Assembly (NCBI GenBank): GCA_964611205.1
Contig: CAZSZB010000003.1
Location: 89,764 to 139,908 of the forward strand
Direction of reading: 5' to 3'
DNA: 50,145 nucleotides
DNA from: an uncultured Candidatus Saccharibacteria bacterium
GTDB lineage: Bacteria; Patescibacteriota; Minisyncoccia; Phycocordibacterales; UBA918
This document shows positions 48,974 to 50,145 of the stretch, piece after piece. A program made the position numbers and the translations under genes. Below the pieces are notes generated by a model, which saw only the letters and a program-made list of their open reading frames with translations, was not told the DNA's origin and ran no database searches. Position 1 is the first letter of the stretch. Every line of letters starts with the position of its first letter.

Positions 48974-49080
48974 GCCCAGCTCTACTTTTGCAAGTGGAGT
49001 GTCAATTTCACAATGTACTTAAACTAAGTGTTTGAGAACGGTGAATTGTTGATATTCAAAATGCAAAAGTAGGGCTGGGC
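48974..49080 (+). other. 107-nt helix-63 expansion/IVS (CCCAGC family copy B)
   Basis: gcccagctctacttttgca / tgcaaaagtagggctgggc, 19 bp with one G.U. Confidence 0.75.
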
Positions 49081-49272
49081 CGCAGCGAAAGATTTCCTGG
49101 CGACTGTTTAACAAAAACATAGCTCCCTGCGAACTCGTAAGAGGATGTATAGGGGGTGACGCCTGACCAATGCCGGAAGGTTAAATACGGGGGGTGATAT
49201 GAACTTCGGTTTGTATTGCTGGACTGTATAAGCCCCGGTCAATGTCAGCGATAACTATAATCGTTCTAAGGT

Positions 49273-49578
49273 AGAGCGCATTTGCTTCGGTAAGTACGCT
49301 CTACGGACTGGAACGATTATAGATTAAACAGACCCAGCCATAGTTACCTTGTTTTGTAGAAATACTTAACATAGTCCATACCTAGCCAACGAGAGACCAA
49401 ATGCTAGGCACCCCGCCCCACTTTTGTCCATACGGACATTAGTGGGAAGGCTTCATATTTTTTAGAAATATTATCTTATGAAAATAAGTGTAATAGTTAC
49501 AAAAGTGGAGCTGGGTGAAGATAGAGTCCTATTGTGCACACATGATTAAGGTTCATGTAGCAAAAGAAGGAAAGATAG
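49273..49578 (+). ncRNA. 306-nt ORF-less intron/insertion in 23S rRNA at E. coli position 1931/1932, group-I-like
   Basis: Exons CTAAGGT | AGCGTATTTCCTTGTCGGG rejoin conserved rRNA; 5' exon ends in U, insert ends in G; AAGATAGAGTCC (49518) resembles J8/7-P7. Confidence 0.75.
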
Positions 49579-50145
49579 AGCGTATTTCCTTGTCGGGTAA
49601 GTTCCGACGTGCACGAATGGCGTAACGACCGGGAAACTGTCTCAAGGACCTGCTCGGTGAAAATACAATCCCGGTAAAGATGCCGGGTACCTGCAGTTAG
49701 ACGAAAAGACCCCAGGAGCTTTACTGTAGCTTCGTATTGGGGCTATTGAATTCATGCGTAGTATAGTGGGGAGACTTTGAAGCGGGCTTTCGGGTACCGT
49801 GGAGTCGTCAGTGAAATACCCATCTTGTTTTTGGTAGTCTCTAACCTGGTAGGAAAAACCTATCAGGAACAGTGCGTGGCAGGCAGTTTTAGTGGGGCGC
49901 TACCCTCCTAAAGAGTAACGGAGGGGTACCAAGGTCAACTAGGCGCGAATGGAAACCGTGCCGATAGTGTAATGGCAAAAGTTGGCTTGACTGTAAGGCG
50001 TAGGTGCCAAGCAGACACGAAAGTGGGTCATAGTGAACCGATGGTGCGCTTTAGATGCGGCCGGAGATTACCCGATAAAAGTTACCCTGGGGATAACAGG
50101 CTAGTCGTGCCCAAGCGTCCATAGCGACGGCACGGTTCGGCACCT

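Noticed and set aside
49273-49578. Homing endonuclease or archaeal bulge-helix-bulge intron interpretation
   Set aside because: No ORF of useful length in the insert, and the two splice junctions do not pair with each other into a BHB motif

Overview
A 50 kb, AT-rich, almost entirely + strand stretch of a bacterial chromosome that looks like Patescibacteria/CPR (Parcubacteria-like). This is inferred from the fragmented ribosomal-protein operons, rplK without rplA, an unlinked insertion-containing 23S rRNA gene and an IleRS-phosphatase fusion. Housekeeping genes: nrdA; secE-nusG; rplK; a folA/CYTH/dcd/thyA/glyA thymidylate cluster; argS, ileS, glyQS, metG; tatD; rplCDWB; rpsF-ssb-rpsR; efp; an ECF sigma factor; recA; a frameshifted ftsK; rplJ-rplL; and a 23S rRNA gene cut off by the window end. 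Accessory part (about 37.7-44.1 kb): a large peptidoglycan-binding surface protein, a REP-flanked RAYT (HUH) transposase and a secreted alpha/beta-hydrolase with a small membrane partner. The most unusual signals are non-coding. (1) A family of modular, covarying hairpin elements sits directly behind rplK, rplB and rplL, exactly where conserved operons are broken; at rplK and rplL the gene 3' end is duplicated both inverted and directly. (2) A second family of about 80-110 nt hairpins with conserved CCCAGC...GCTGGG arms occurs in the rplC-rplD spacer, the efp leader, 23S helix 63 and inside a 306-nt ORF-less group-I-like intron at 23S position 1931. Product calls come from motif recognition by eye, and E. 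coli rRNA numbering is from memory. No searches were run.
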